Positions 32,201 through 41,212 of a stretch of DNA of 64,000 nt are shown here, piece after piece. The DNA comes from Histomonas meleagridis 2922-C6/04-290x (lineage: Eukaryota > Protista > Parabasalia), in NCBI GenBank assembly GCA_020184695.1, contig JAANOX010000279.1:1-64000 (forward strand), read 5' to 3'. Every line of letters starts with the position of its first letter. Within the stretch, counting starts at the first letter, position 1. A program made the translations under genes and the position numbers. The notes under the pieces are model-generated. The model did no database searches. It worked only from the letters and a program-made list of their open reading frames with translations, and was not told where the DNA came from.

Positions 32201-34751
32201 AAATGAAAAAAGTTTTAATGAATATTTACAAAGGAAACAAAGAGAAATCGAATCGATATATAAACAAACGTTTTCATCTATAAATTTCTCGATAACAAAT
32301 TCTTCATCACAATATTTCGATATGCCAACAGAATTTAAACTAATAAAAAACACATCAAATTCATTATCAGTCACATTTAAGCCTAAAAAACCTGGAAATT
32401 ATCCATGTAAAATTGCGTTAATATCACAAAATGATATTCGTATCTTACAAATACATGGAATAGGTTTAATACATACAAAAATTATAAAACTTTTGTTTTC
32501 AACTGTTTCAGGTCAATCAATAAAACAAAATATTCCAATTCCGAATAATACAAATGAAGTTTGGAATTATAAACTTTCACTTTCTGGTGATAATTCATTT
32601 TCTATTCCAAGTAATTTAACAATAAAGCCAAATAATATTGGAAATTTAGTAATAACATTTTCTCCAAGACGAATTGGCGAATTTCATTCCGAAGTCACAA
32701 GTATCAATTTAACTAAAGAATCAACAATTATATATAAGTTAAAAGGTATTGTAGCAGAGCCTTATGCAGAAGAAAAAATTGTTATTAATTGTCAAGCACG
32801 AAAACCATTTATTAAAACATTAAATATTAAATCGAACATTATTAAAGTCGGAAAAGTTAATGTTAAATCGACAATACCAATAATAACATTTCCGAATGAA
32901 GTCGAGTTTTCAAATGGAGAACCAACAAAACCATTTGAATTCACTGTTTATTCATTAAGGAGTGGTGTATCCGCAGGTACATTAACTTTTATGGATCCAA
33001 TGTCGAATAATTTTATTTGGTACGTGATCGAAATTAATGTCGAGCCTCCATTACCAGAAGAAACGATTCATGTGTCAACAGTTGCACGGAAATGTATAAC
33101 TATAACTATACCAATCACTAATTCGAAAGATAAAAAAATTAAATTTAATACAATTATATCTGATGATGATTTATTCGGTGAAAAATCTTTTGTTGTACAA
33201 CCGAAATCAACAATTAATTATTCATTGTTAATTTCACCTTTGAAAGCTATGAAACGAATTTCTTCAATATATTTTTATGATGATGATGATAGTGAATTTT
33301 GGTATAAAATAGAAATAGATGTATCGGATGCCCCTATAAATAATTTGGCTGCTGTAACTTCGCCAATTGGTAAATATTCTTCAGTTTTTATCGAATTGGA
33401 TAACCCTTTAAATAAAATTGTCTCATTGAGAATAGAAAATGATAACCCAACTGCTTTCCATGTAATGACTAAACGAATAATAACATTAAACCCTCAAGAA
33501 AAGAAAAAAATCGAGGTTCGTTATATCCCAACTTGTTTAGGCACAAAAGAAAACGCTTTAATCATATTTAAGTCAAATGAAATCGGCGATTTTTCTTATA
33601 AATTAAACGGTACCGGAAAACCGCCGCAACCGCAGTCGCCGATAATAGTCACTTCACCTGTCAACACTACAAGTTCTGCTTTAGTAACTTTTACAAATCC
33701 TTTCCCGTATCCAACAAGGTTTTCGATATCAATGAGTAATGATTGTGAAGATGGAATTTTCTCGTTTTTAATCAAAAGAAAAGTTTTTACTTTGCATACA
33801 TTTGGTGAAGAATTTCAAATTCCTTTTACTTTTATTCCGCCAAGACTTGGACAATTTCAAGCTCATATAATCATCGCTTCATTAGGTTATGCTAAAGGTC
33901 CTTTGCCTGAATTAGAAACTGTTCCTTCAATTCAATTCTTATTTCCAATTATTGGTAACTCATTAATTGATAATCTTGAAATCCTAACAGTACAATGTAG
34001 AGCTAATGAAGTCGTAAAGAAATCGTTATCATTATCCCTTGTCGGCGAAAGCGATGACTTGGAAGCAAGCGAATATGTTCTTGACCTCACAATTCCGAGC
34101 GGTTACGACTTTTTGAAGAGCATCTTTGAAATTAAGCCATCGTCGATTCAAAAAGTCGGAAGCTGTCCTGAGTTAAATGTAAGTGTTGTTTTTACGCCAC
34201 ATAGACCTTTACAGTTATCATTACCATTAAAGGTTCGTAATAAGCTTGGTCAAGAATGGCAGTTTCATATTTGTTTGGATGTTGATAGAGGAGATCCTAT
34301 ATCTACAATTACAATTGAAAGTTTATTAAATAAAACAGGAACAGCAAAAGTTGTTGTTCCTTTTGTGTTTCATAAGGAAACTCCATTTCATGCTTATTTT
34401 GTGCAAGGATCGGCTGCGGAATTATCAGTTCAACCTGAAAAAGGAATTATTGAACCAACACCAGATGGCAACGAAACAACAGAACTTCCGATTACTGTTG
34501 TTTTTGCTCCAAAAATGTACGGGAAATTGTTAAAAGGATTATTAGTAATTGATACATTAGATTCACAAAATATTATAAATGTAATAGGAAAGAACCCCGA
34601 ATATGTTCCACCGGTTGTAAAAACAGGGATATGGAAACTTGAAATGAAAAATGAATTGGCACAAAATGGATTGACAAATAAGAAAAAAAGAAATATTGTG
34701 AAGGAAAACATTGAAAGTGTTCGTGTTTCTCATAACAGAAACAAAAATTAA
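26211..34751 (+). CDS. CFAP47: Giant ASH/MSP Ig-like repeat flagellar protein, CFAP47-like
   Basis: ~2850 aa uninterrupted; repeated F.I.P..G.I.P Ig-like units, central CH-like helical region, C-terminal FAPKMYGKLLKGLLVIDT; ATG at 26211 or 26244 (track start is GTG). Confidence 0.7.
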   Translation: MKRTFIQKNVQMKESSAPFRVVPDCINFRDVAKDEIDVCEVCITNVTQKSLRVRCSISPNNLPFILSTEGTITISPGLTSKVKLQYKATDNKQYSGTLKVESSDSQISIPVTASPPSGYVIPDTRSINMGDIGINQKSIFSFAITNIGNQEGKFEVITNEDYVKLAPQKGTILPGKTQEITILIEPTKLGSFSFPIFVLSPNQFKSTEEIQIKGNAVQNSVELTIDKKPFQELDFQYIYANQKRIITTEITNNSSQRRSFVIIIKDTPYSENAIPKSNEANQNATFFAVPSEGFLNPHQTININFIFDPPKVTSPSNEENEISFTQYALIGIVETCQKIEFQMFGKIVNHLVTISPIDFSFGKQLSNTQTKQTLVITNNSQFLPTYFKIKPISPYRFEPSKGMISPKSQKQITIIFYPKNFGVYDKSTIISFCKGLIKKNINLNGECGEITNKPFKRIPVYETDENVRYNVTHPELKYTYGIEDIKKNEVKKSIFHSYISENERKREEKLRIMNLIKTRKSLQNQNSKSSTKITKNVQLKDSFNSDDDEIDYIPFEGLKPPDPPLLNKKVPLYLEHPEKFGLIKSKDNQQNNKFKNSSQKKYEEHLNVQKKFKQVPTTTQEISECSRILTPTQQLMINSSHQTINFGKVPVFSTTSKTFSITNNLQFNIIVAIHFEDDELSGSTPTTQIISPHSIGSFEIKFCSKQPMNYMKIIQYTINGHHSNSFSVSAQVVPIELKLSTNVLEFKFSPDSILPVITDFILITNVGIGTGKFTWNGMNNYINISKTEGIIEPNKSISLTVTYTPSNHSHDEVDLIMNVEGGSKQILKCIGDVGTPKINISKKYINFGLIPIGIEKIQQIKLKNISDDDGIFNIANIQDKELKILPKNGRIPSNDSITLDLIYNSSYPHQIDETIRIDIAGTTSISFNIIGQSVLPQVQLNNTEFEFGKLFIGSSSSIEGTLVNTGSIPAILYLNLTSHPEFHLKLTSQLSYNNNNQNSITISSENDQIIQQNDENVGLIYKFYIIENSSINFDLVFQPIKIGEHSFELPLTMMNMDSSSFHLQPIVSAEAIQPPLWISNTFLDFGISPLYNNENPNFKTKNNFIKLRNDSKLTCLWRIDTSNELIQNPEVFSIEPSNGSLTKGETITLNISFKPRKPIPYNLHLQIFVSYKDSEENVIGQIQLTGIGTQTQIKMSSNSIALPIVPLGVKSQEQLYVINEANIDSNLKYTIAIDETHFPLQVKFPKGTHFENTTEKLPIIISFSSLKPMSFSTNVAITDDKGNATSFSVYCTTDNSIFTIYPFIKQKDIIKVIDEKLQIDNKKDFVAMELTSRFISCFDYIDFENVDNWNSIFTNNDILFIKRYLSQIALNSQINNFPNDLILNNFSLLFEMIQNLYGNKLPNIDIDINNKTIKQNDHILKRLNLLNKLLLQLSSLGALLSSIKPEFLLSKSDFIHILKDQISDKLLGIDYFNAPNIINQKDLNEYTSSKFFSESLMKRIQIVEKLYDQLSIESWMLLLLQIIKIFIINKIDSTKFNQIPGVNEATSNLKTIANRYNDSSDKISIILPSQKIIQNSNIYNSSERTIFKWFSLYLCIYKNDIIKPIYTFKEYNNSLAFEAILKCYIPNISITLNHENPNDEEIIQQNAHLIVQTLNELKLGFYPYANEIINGNEITLALISTFLYETIPYFLPSLTLDFNLPLHKSIQKSIAITNPSKNEISYHAKLESNQNYQLINDNITIQPFKTQEFPIQFFARSIRQTKGRLILTPSKTRIITSRSDNNTQNNNNNNKHIFPAPIVIDLISNVILNQPDETYNIEGIIYEPTKLKLKIKNYIGIPSTVKIYSKVIQINEENENNLSIQQQINNLINNHQDDNNNNLPDESFDSYIKLHKTFIFSEKEINFEEEDQNINFDVEFIPISLGQYKCLILFEDVQNGEFIIEINAKVKFPTPIEISLNKFKVESNSTITANIPIEINNNSLIKALAYSFERQRFFNTLNEKSFNEYLQRKQREIESIYKQTFSSINFSITNSSSQYFDMPTEFKLIKNTSNSLSVTFKPKKPGNYPCKIALISQNDIRILQIHGIGLIHTKIIKLLFSTVSGQSIKQNIPIPNNTNEVWNYKLSLSGDNSFSIPSNLTIKPNNIGNLVITFSPRRIGEFHSEVTSINLTKESTIIYKLKGIVAEPYAEEKIVINCQARKPFIKTLNIKSNIIKVGKVNVKSTIPIITFPNEVEFSNGEPTKPFEFTVYSLRSGVSAGTLTFMDPMSNNFIWYVIEINVEPPLPEETIHVSTVARKCITITIPITNSKDKKIKFNTIISDDDLFGEKSFVVQPKSTINYSLLISPLKAMKRISSIYFYDDDDSEFWYKIEIDVSDAPINNLAAVTSPIGKYSSVFIELDNPLNKIVSLRIENDNPTAFHVMTKRIITLNPQEKKKIEVRYIPTCLGTKENALIIFKSNEIGDFSYKLNGTGKPPQPQSPIIVTSPVNTTSSALVTFTNPFPYPTRFSISMSNDCEDGIFSFLIKRKVFTLHTFGEEFQIPFTFIPPRLGQFQAHIIIASLGYAKGPLPELETVPSIQFLFPIIGNSLIDNLEILTVQCRANEVVKKSLSLSLVGESDDLEASEYVLDLTIPSGYDFLKSIFEIKPSSIQKVGSCPELNVSVVFTPHRPLQLSLPLKVRNKLGQEWQFHICLDVDRGDPISTITIESLLNKTGTAKVVVPFVFHKETPFHAYFVQGSAAELSVQPEKGIIEPTPDGNETTELPITVVFAPKMYGKLLKGLLVIDTLDSQNIINVIGKNPEYVPPVVKTGIWKLEMKNELAQNGLTNKKKRNIVKENIESVRVSHNRNKN

Positions 34752-34953
34752 TTTTTTTTGTAGTTTGTGAATAAATACGATTTAAAAATTTTTTTGTCTT
34801 CGTGTAAATTTATTATCTGTTGAGTGCCTTTGATGTCATAAGGTATTTGTCAGTTGATTTTATGATATCTTACTGATGATTTGAAATTGAATTATCATAT
34901 AATAAGTGAAAGTTTTTATTTAATATGACAAATATAAAATATACGCATATAAT

Positions 34954-36342
34954 TTATATGTTCTTAAATTCTTCTGGAAGATTTGGAAATGCTGATTTCA
35001 TTGCTTCATAATGTTTTTGGAGCAAGTCAGCCCAATTTCCTTTAGATGGCAGCTCAGAGAACATTTGAAATCCCAAAAATTTCGCACCAGCAACTGATGT
35101 TTCAGCATCTAAATTCACGCAAACAACAACTCCATCATTTTCTTTAAAACCGCTGTACATGTTTGAAATTTGAGAAAGTGTGTTCGGTTTGCAACCGCCG
35201 ATTGATGCAATCCCATTTTCGCTCCATATACCAACAACTCCATTAGTTGTTTCTTTAGGGTCTGTCCAATTAACAAGTTCGGTATAAAACTCTTCTATGC
35301 CACTTGAAACCAATTCTGTTAGTTGATTTATGATATCTTCGAAATCTCTTTGATCTTTAAACATAACAAATAACTTTAAATTTTCATATATTTCACTAAC
35401 TGCAAGTGTCACTGGAGTAACGTTATCATTTATTGGAAGATATAATGAAAAAATTTTGAAAAGAGATTTCATGCATGAAAAACCAAGTTCTGTTTTTGGA
35501 GCGGAAAACAACGGCAAAAAATAAGAAAACCATTTGGGAAATGTTGAAGTTACCAATTTGTCTGATTCGAAAAATGCAACGTAAAGAATTCGATCCGAAA
35601 TCTTTTCGATTAATTCGAACAATTGCGCAATAATTGGCAACGAATGCGCGGAATAATTAAAAATGGAAACAGGGCGAACTGTGTATTGGAAGTTCTGGTT
35701 TTCCTTCCCGACGTTAAATGTATAATTTGTATAAATAAATGATCTCGATGATAATGATTTTCGAATATAACAAATTAACTCGTTGTCATCGTTACTGTAC
35801 GTAAACAAATTGGAATCAAAGAGCTGTATAGCGTTAAGTGTGGTTTCGAGTGTATCTGTGATTGAGGATGATGAAAAAAAATTGGGCATTTTTAAAACAA
35901 ATAAAACAAAGTTACCACTTGGTAACTGTATTGCCTTTACGGAAATGTTTGATGAACTCCACGAAAATGAGGAGACCATTGAACCTATGTTTAATTTAGA
36001 GAATGTCATAAATGATGTTAAAACACCAATAAGCGCTTGTTGCAGTTCAATTGGGATTTTTTGTGGATAAATATATATTAGGTTTTTAAGAATATGACTT
36101 GGATCTTCATTATCTTCTTCCCCAATATTAACATTTTTAAACATAATTGAAGCAAAACAAGGAAACCCAAGAGATTCTTGTGGCGTTTTCTTATTTGTTT
36201 GCCAAAACTCTTCCATTCCATCATTCCAAAAATGTTTGGGAAAAATGTTGTTTTTATTCATTAGAACTAAATTCTCAAAATCAGTTAAATTTTTCAATAA
36301 CGATACATACATGAACTGATATTTGTATGCACAATGTATCAA
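34954..36342 (-). CDS. Hypothetical protein, possible CCZ1/INTU/HPS4-type longin domain
   Basis: N-terminal GEEDNED...LIYIYP...QQALIGVLTSFMTFS pattern; start uncertain (36342 is TTG). Confidence 0.45.
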   Translation of the reverse strand: MIHCAYKYQFMYVSLLKNLTDFENLVLMNKNNIFPKHFWNDGMEEFWQTNKKTPQESLGFPCFASIMFKNVNIGEEDNEDPSHILKNLIYIYPQKIPIELQQALIGVLTSFMTFSKLNIGSMVSSFSWSSSNISVKAIQLPSGNFVLFVLKMPNFFSSSSITDTLETTLNAIQLFDSNLFTYSNDDNELICYIRKSLSSRSFIYTNYTFNVGKENQNFQYTVRPVSIFNYSAHSLPIIAQLFELIEKISDRILYVAFFESDKLVTSTFPKWFSYFLPLFSAPKTELGFSCMKSLFKIFSLYLPINDNVTPVTLAVSEIYENLKLFVMFKDQRDFEDIINQLTELVSSGIEEFYTELVNWTDPKETTNGVVGIWSENGIASIGGCKPNTLSQISNMYSGFKENDGVVVCVNLDAETSVAGAKFLGFQMFSELPSKGNWADLLQKHYEAMKSAFPNLPEEFKNI

Positions 36343-37281
36343 AAAGTGGATTTTCGATACATTTTAATCGTCCTTGAAATTGCGCTTCTTTTACGAGTTT
36401 GATTCAACTGCATAAAAATATTTCTAAATTTTTGATCATGTGCTCTAAACTTGTGACCCCTTTCCACAAAAAATGATTTAAAATATGAAGATGGTTAATC
36501 ATTTGGTATATTTCAAATCACATGTCATGCAAAAACTAGTCACACCAAGTTAAGGTCGTTTTTCTTAAAATGATCCTCTGATATTTATACATATACATAA
36601 TGTAATTTGAAAAATTTTCATAAAATAATGAGAAAAATATTTTTGTCAAAATTTCGATTTTTTGTAGAGGATCTTTTTTTTTTCAGACACTATTTTGTTT
36701 CTTTAATATTTCATTTTTTGTGTATATTTGATAAAATATAGCCTCTATTAACAAATTTAGGATAAAGATAAATGCCTCTATCATTCAACATAAACCATGC
36801 AAAAGTCGATTTTTGTCACTTTTTGAAATGAAAAAATAAATTTATCTAGTGCTAATTATGGGATTATTCTTAGATTTATATTAATCATAGATGTATATAT
36901 ATATATATTCATGATATCAAGATCGCTATATACGTTCGTACAAAATCGAAGGTTGAGTTTAACACATAGTATTAAAAGTGGTCAGCATATGAAATCATGT
37001 TGTTTTATAGAAAAATTTAAACATGATTGACAATCTAAGTTTTTAATGGACTTTTTTTTATAATGAAAAACGAAAAAAAATCTTTCAATTTGTTCATCAG
37101 TTTTTTCTAAACAAAATTCATGCATGTATACATAACCAAAAGAGCATAGATTGAGTTCGTATTATTGCTTGCTAACGGGAAATCTGAAATTATTTGTGGG
37201 AATAAATCCTCGCAGTGACCGTTTATTTTCTGACTTAGCTGTGAAAATGCTATAGAAAAAGTTTCGGCCAAACAACAAAAA

Positions 37282-38490
37282 ATGGGAAGTACCCAAAGCC
37301 AGACAGAAAAATATACAAAAAATCTTCAATCACTGCTTGATCTTCAAAATATTATTTTAGACTTAAATGAAGACAATATTGATCAATCAGTTGAAACTTC
37401 ATTTGCATATCTTATTACTTCCGATTATTCATATTCATTTATATTGATTCTTTGTAAAATTGTATATTTGTGTTTTGTTATACAAGGTAATGATAAAGTG
37501 TGTTTTGAATATTTAATAAAAATTGATATAAAAAATGTTGAAAAAGGGAATAACATCAGAATCATTGAAGTTTTCACCCAATTTATTCTTTCTATTTCTT
37601 CTCAAGAATCATTTTATCTTCTTCACAAAATGATCGAAAATGGATTAATTCAACCGAAGATATGTCAATATAAAAATATACCATATTTTGCACATTATTT
37701 ATCAAGCAAAGAATTATGTTATTGTAGAGATTGTCCAAGGTATAAATTTTTCTTTGAAGAAATTGATAAACTTTCTAATAATGATTGGGAACTTCAAAAA
37801 CAATTAATAAATGATGGTGTTAATCCAAGTGAAATTGCGCAAATAATTCGAAATGATGAAATTGAAAAACTTCAAGAAATTTCATCACAAACAAATTTTG
37901 ATTTTAATCAATTCATCAAACCATCACTTTATGAAAGACATTCATTTCTTTCTCAAGATCCTAATGAATTATTTCCAAATAATGTCTCATTAGTTGATTA
38001 CGCAGCATTTTTCGGGTCAATAAAATGCTTTAGATATTTATTATTAAATGAAGCAAATTTGAAAAATTCATGCAGATTTGCAATTGCAGGTGGGAACAAT
38101 GAAATTCTTCATTTATGTGAACAAAATCATATACCATTTATTAGAGCATATGAAGCGGCAATTGAATATCATCGAAATGATATCTTTCATTATATTTATG
38201 AGAATAAATTAGAAGATAATCAAAATTTAATATTGTTAGGGAGACATTGTATAAAGTTTAATAATTATGATATACTTTTGTTTTTATTTAATGAAGGAAT
38301 GGAAATAAATGAGGCACTTATCATTGAATCAATTGCAAATGGAAATTTATTTCTTACACAATATTTTCTTAAGAAAAATCCAATAATAATAGATTTTCTG
38401 AAAATCAAATCGATTTCTGGAAACAATGAACTTTTAGAGTTTCTTATTAATAATAAATATATTGATTTAAATCAAAAAATTGTTTTTTAA
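37282..38490 (+). CDS. DUF3447/ankyrin protein, locus 3 (first segment)
   Basis: Third paralog with MG start (possible myristoylation, MGSTQS); ends YIDLNQKI plus spacer. Confidence 0.85.
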   Translation: MGSTQSQTEKYTKNLQSLLDLQNIILDLNEDNIDQSVETSFAYLITSDYSYSFILILCKIVYLCFVIQGNDKVCFEYLIKIDIKNVEKGNNIRIIEVFTQFILSISSQESFYLLHKMIENGLIQPKICQYKNIPYFAHYLSSKELCYCRDCPRYKFFFEEIDKLSNNDWELQKQLINDGVNPSEIAQIIRNDEIEKLQEISSQTNFDFNQFIKPSLYERHSFLSQDPNELFPNNVSLVDYAAFFGSIKCFRYLLLNEANLKNSCRFAIAGGNNEILHLCEQNHIPFIRAYEAAIEYHRNDIFHYIYENKLEDNQNLILLGRHCIKFNNYDILLFLFNEGMEINEALIIESIANGNLFLTQYFLKKNPIIIDFLKIKSISGNNELLEFLINNKYIDLNQKIVF

Positions 38491-39785
38491 TTCTATTAGA
38501 ATTTTATTAACATAATAAAATAATTCAATTTATTATTTAAAATATTTTTGTAATATTCGAAAAAGAATTTATAAATGCAGCTGAATATGGTTACGATGCT
38601 ATTTTTAAATTATTTCTACAAATAGGAATTGATATTAATGCTAAAGATATTTGTTTTCTTTATTTGGTTTCTTTTTTCCCTTATAATACTATGTTTTAAA
38701 ATAACATTTGGAAATAATATAATTTATTTGCGACAGCACTTATGTACGCCGCTCGGGGTAAAATTGAAATGATTAAACTCCTTCTTGAACAAAAAAATAT
38801 TGATGTTAATGCTAAAGATATTAATTTGTTTTATTTAAAATTTATTTTAATAATTTTGGATTTCATAATAATATTTGGAAATTATTTAGGTTATTTCATA
38901 CAGCACTTATGAAAGCATCGGAATTCGGCCAAACGGAAGTAATTAAATTACTTCTTAAACACAAAAAAATAAATATAAATGATCAAGATTTTTATTTGTT
39001 TTATTTATAATTTAATTTAAATGTTTCGTGTTTAAAAATAATATTTGGAAATGTTTTAAATTATTTAATACAGCACTTATGACCGCAGTTGTAAAATGTC
39101 AAGCAAAAGCAGTCAAATTACTTCTTAAACAAAAAGGTATTAAAATAAATATCAAAGACATTTGTTTACTTTTTTAATTAGTTTGTTTCTATAAAATAAT
39201 ATTTCAAAATAATATTTGGAATTTATTGAAATTATTTCGGTCAGTAATCACAAATGCATCTGAACTCGGTTATATAGAAATACTTAAATTACTTCTTAAA
39301 CATAAAGGAGTTAAAATAAATGATAAAGATGTTTTTTTATTATATAATTAATTCCTTTTAATAATATACTGTTTTAATTTTAAATTAGGACAGACAGCAC
39401 TTATGTGTGCATCTATGTCTGGTCAATATGAAGCAGTTAAGGTTCTTCTTCAACAAAAAGATATTGATGTAAATGCTAAATCTAAAATTTCTGTAAATAA
39501 TTTTATGTTTCAAAATAATATATGGAAATTGTATAAAATATTTCATACAGCTCTTATATTAGCATCCAAAAATGATCATACTTCTATCATTAAATTACAT
39601 CTTAATCACAAAGGAATTGATATTAATATTAAAAATATATATTTGTTTTGTTTAGTATTCATTCTATCTATCTATTATTTTTAAATAATATATGGAAATT
39701 ATTAAAATTATATGATTCAGCACTTTCTTTGGCAATAAGAAATGGTAATGAAGAAATTATTAAATTACTTAAACAAAATAATTAA
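38482..39785 (+). repeat. Locus 3 interrupted ankyrin array: 8 modules, the last ending in a stop
   Basis: Module starts 38562, 38733, 38900, 39070, 39241, 39394, 39547, 39717; spacers 80, 84, 80, 80, 81, 63, 63, 80 nt; two modules are exactly one codon shorter; terminal module SALSLAIRNGNEEIIKLLKQNN*. Confidence 0.9.
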
Positions 39786-39842
39786 TAAAAATTTCTTAAT
39801 ATTTTTATTCATTTCGTTAACAATATGATTTACAATAAAAAA

Positions 39843-40367
39843 TTATTTGAAAAAACTTGAAGCACTTCTTTCAAAAGCAGTATACTTAGAAATACTATCA
39901 TTCATATTCTTTTTCGTCGTGTTGATTTGGTTATGAAGTTGATTGATAGTTTCATCAAGAAGACTTAATCTTTCTTGAAAATCTTCTGGAAATTCAAAAT
40001 TTGGTTCTTCTTCATCAATTTGGATTTGTAATGGTTTGCTTTGTTCTTCTAGCATTTGCTCTGCTTGAACTTGAACCTGTTGAATAAAAAGACTTCGATT
40101 TGAATGTAATGTGCTTTTTAATCGAAGTGCTTTTTTCTGTAAATTTTCGATTTTCAATTTTAGATCCTGTGCTTGTTGGTCATCTTCAAAAGATGGAACT
40201 CTTTCAACTCGTTGATATAATAAATTTTGAAATTCCATTACAACTTTATTTATATCTAAAACACCTGGTACTTCTTCTAAGTTTGTTTCCAATGCTTCTC
40301 GAAAAAGATCTACAACATGATCTATTTCCTTTTGTGTTGCTGTAATTCGTTGTTGTTGTTGTTGCAT
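39843..40367 (-). CDS. Small coiled-coil protein
   Basis: ATG at 40367 (MQQQQQRIT...); helical, heptad-rich. Confidence 0.6.
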   Translation of the reverse strand: MQQQQQRITATQKEIDHVVDLFREALETNLEEVPGVLDINKVVMEFQNLLYQRVERVPSFEDDQQAQDLKLKIENLQKKALRLKSTLHSNRSLFIQQVQVQAEQMLEEQSKPLQIQIDEEEPNFEFPEDFQERLSLLDETINQLHNQINTTKKNMNDSISKYTAFERSASSFFK

Positions 40368-40407
40368 TTGGTTTGGGAAAAAAATAAACGGCAAAGCAAT
40401 ACAAAAT

Positions 40408-40854
40408 TTGGTTTTGGAGAAGCATCAACAAGGAAAAAGCATATCAAAGATTAACCAACAGTTTTCGCTCATAGTGAAAGAGCTTGTTTATGTCTTTTTT
40501 GCAATTTTTTCATTTTACATTTATTTATTAATGAGAAAAGATGAAATCCAAAATTTTGAAGACGGAAAACCAAAACTTGATCCAAATCAAATATTGTGCA
40601 TGCAACATTATAAAAATAATCAGTGTGACCAACCAAATCTTGTGCCAGCTTTAGAAACAATGTGCAAAGAATTTCAAAAATGTATGGAAGCAAACCAGCA
40701 TAAACAAAGCTTGTCTCAGATGGTTTTCTTGAAGCTGGGTTTAGTTATAGATGATTTCCTTGGTGAACTTAATAATTTAACAATTGTGTTTATTTACACT
40801 ATTTTATTGATTTATGTTTTAATTACTTCACTAAAAAAGAGGGCTTTAGCTTAA
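40408..40854 (+). CDS. Brr6/Brl1-like nuclear envelope protein
   Basis: Four-cysteine motif CMQHYKNNQC...PALETMCKEFQKCM flanked by two TM helices. Confidence 0.7.
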   Translation: MVLEKHQQGKSISKINQQFSLIVKELVYVFFAIFSFYIYLLMRKDEIQNFEDGKPKLDPNQILCMQHYKNNQCDQPNLVPALETMCKEFQKCMEANQHKQSLSQMVFLKLGLVIDDFLGELNNLTIVFIYTILLIYVLITSLKKRALA

Positions 40855-41212
40855 CATATTAAAATTGGGATGATATTTTTCAAAGCAAAGCAGTTTCAAT
40901 TGCATCATTCATGAAAAAAAAGTAAATCTAAATTACATTAAGTGTTGTTAAATAAAAAATTATTTTATTAAAAAATATAAATCATTTCATTTTAAACATT
41001 ACAACATGAATTCAATTAATTATTAAAAAGTGACATTGTATATAAAATTTTATGAGGTTTATGCTCAATGAGGATCAACTTAATCTGACGGTTAAAACAA
41101 CCAATCCGGCCTGAAAATTTAAATGCTATTGAATTAATTATATGGTTTATTTTTTCCTGTTTCAATGAAACGTGTTCACCAGATAAAAAGTTTTTAATTT
41201 GTAATCGAAAGT

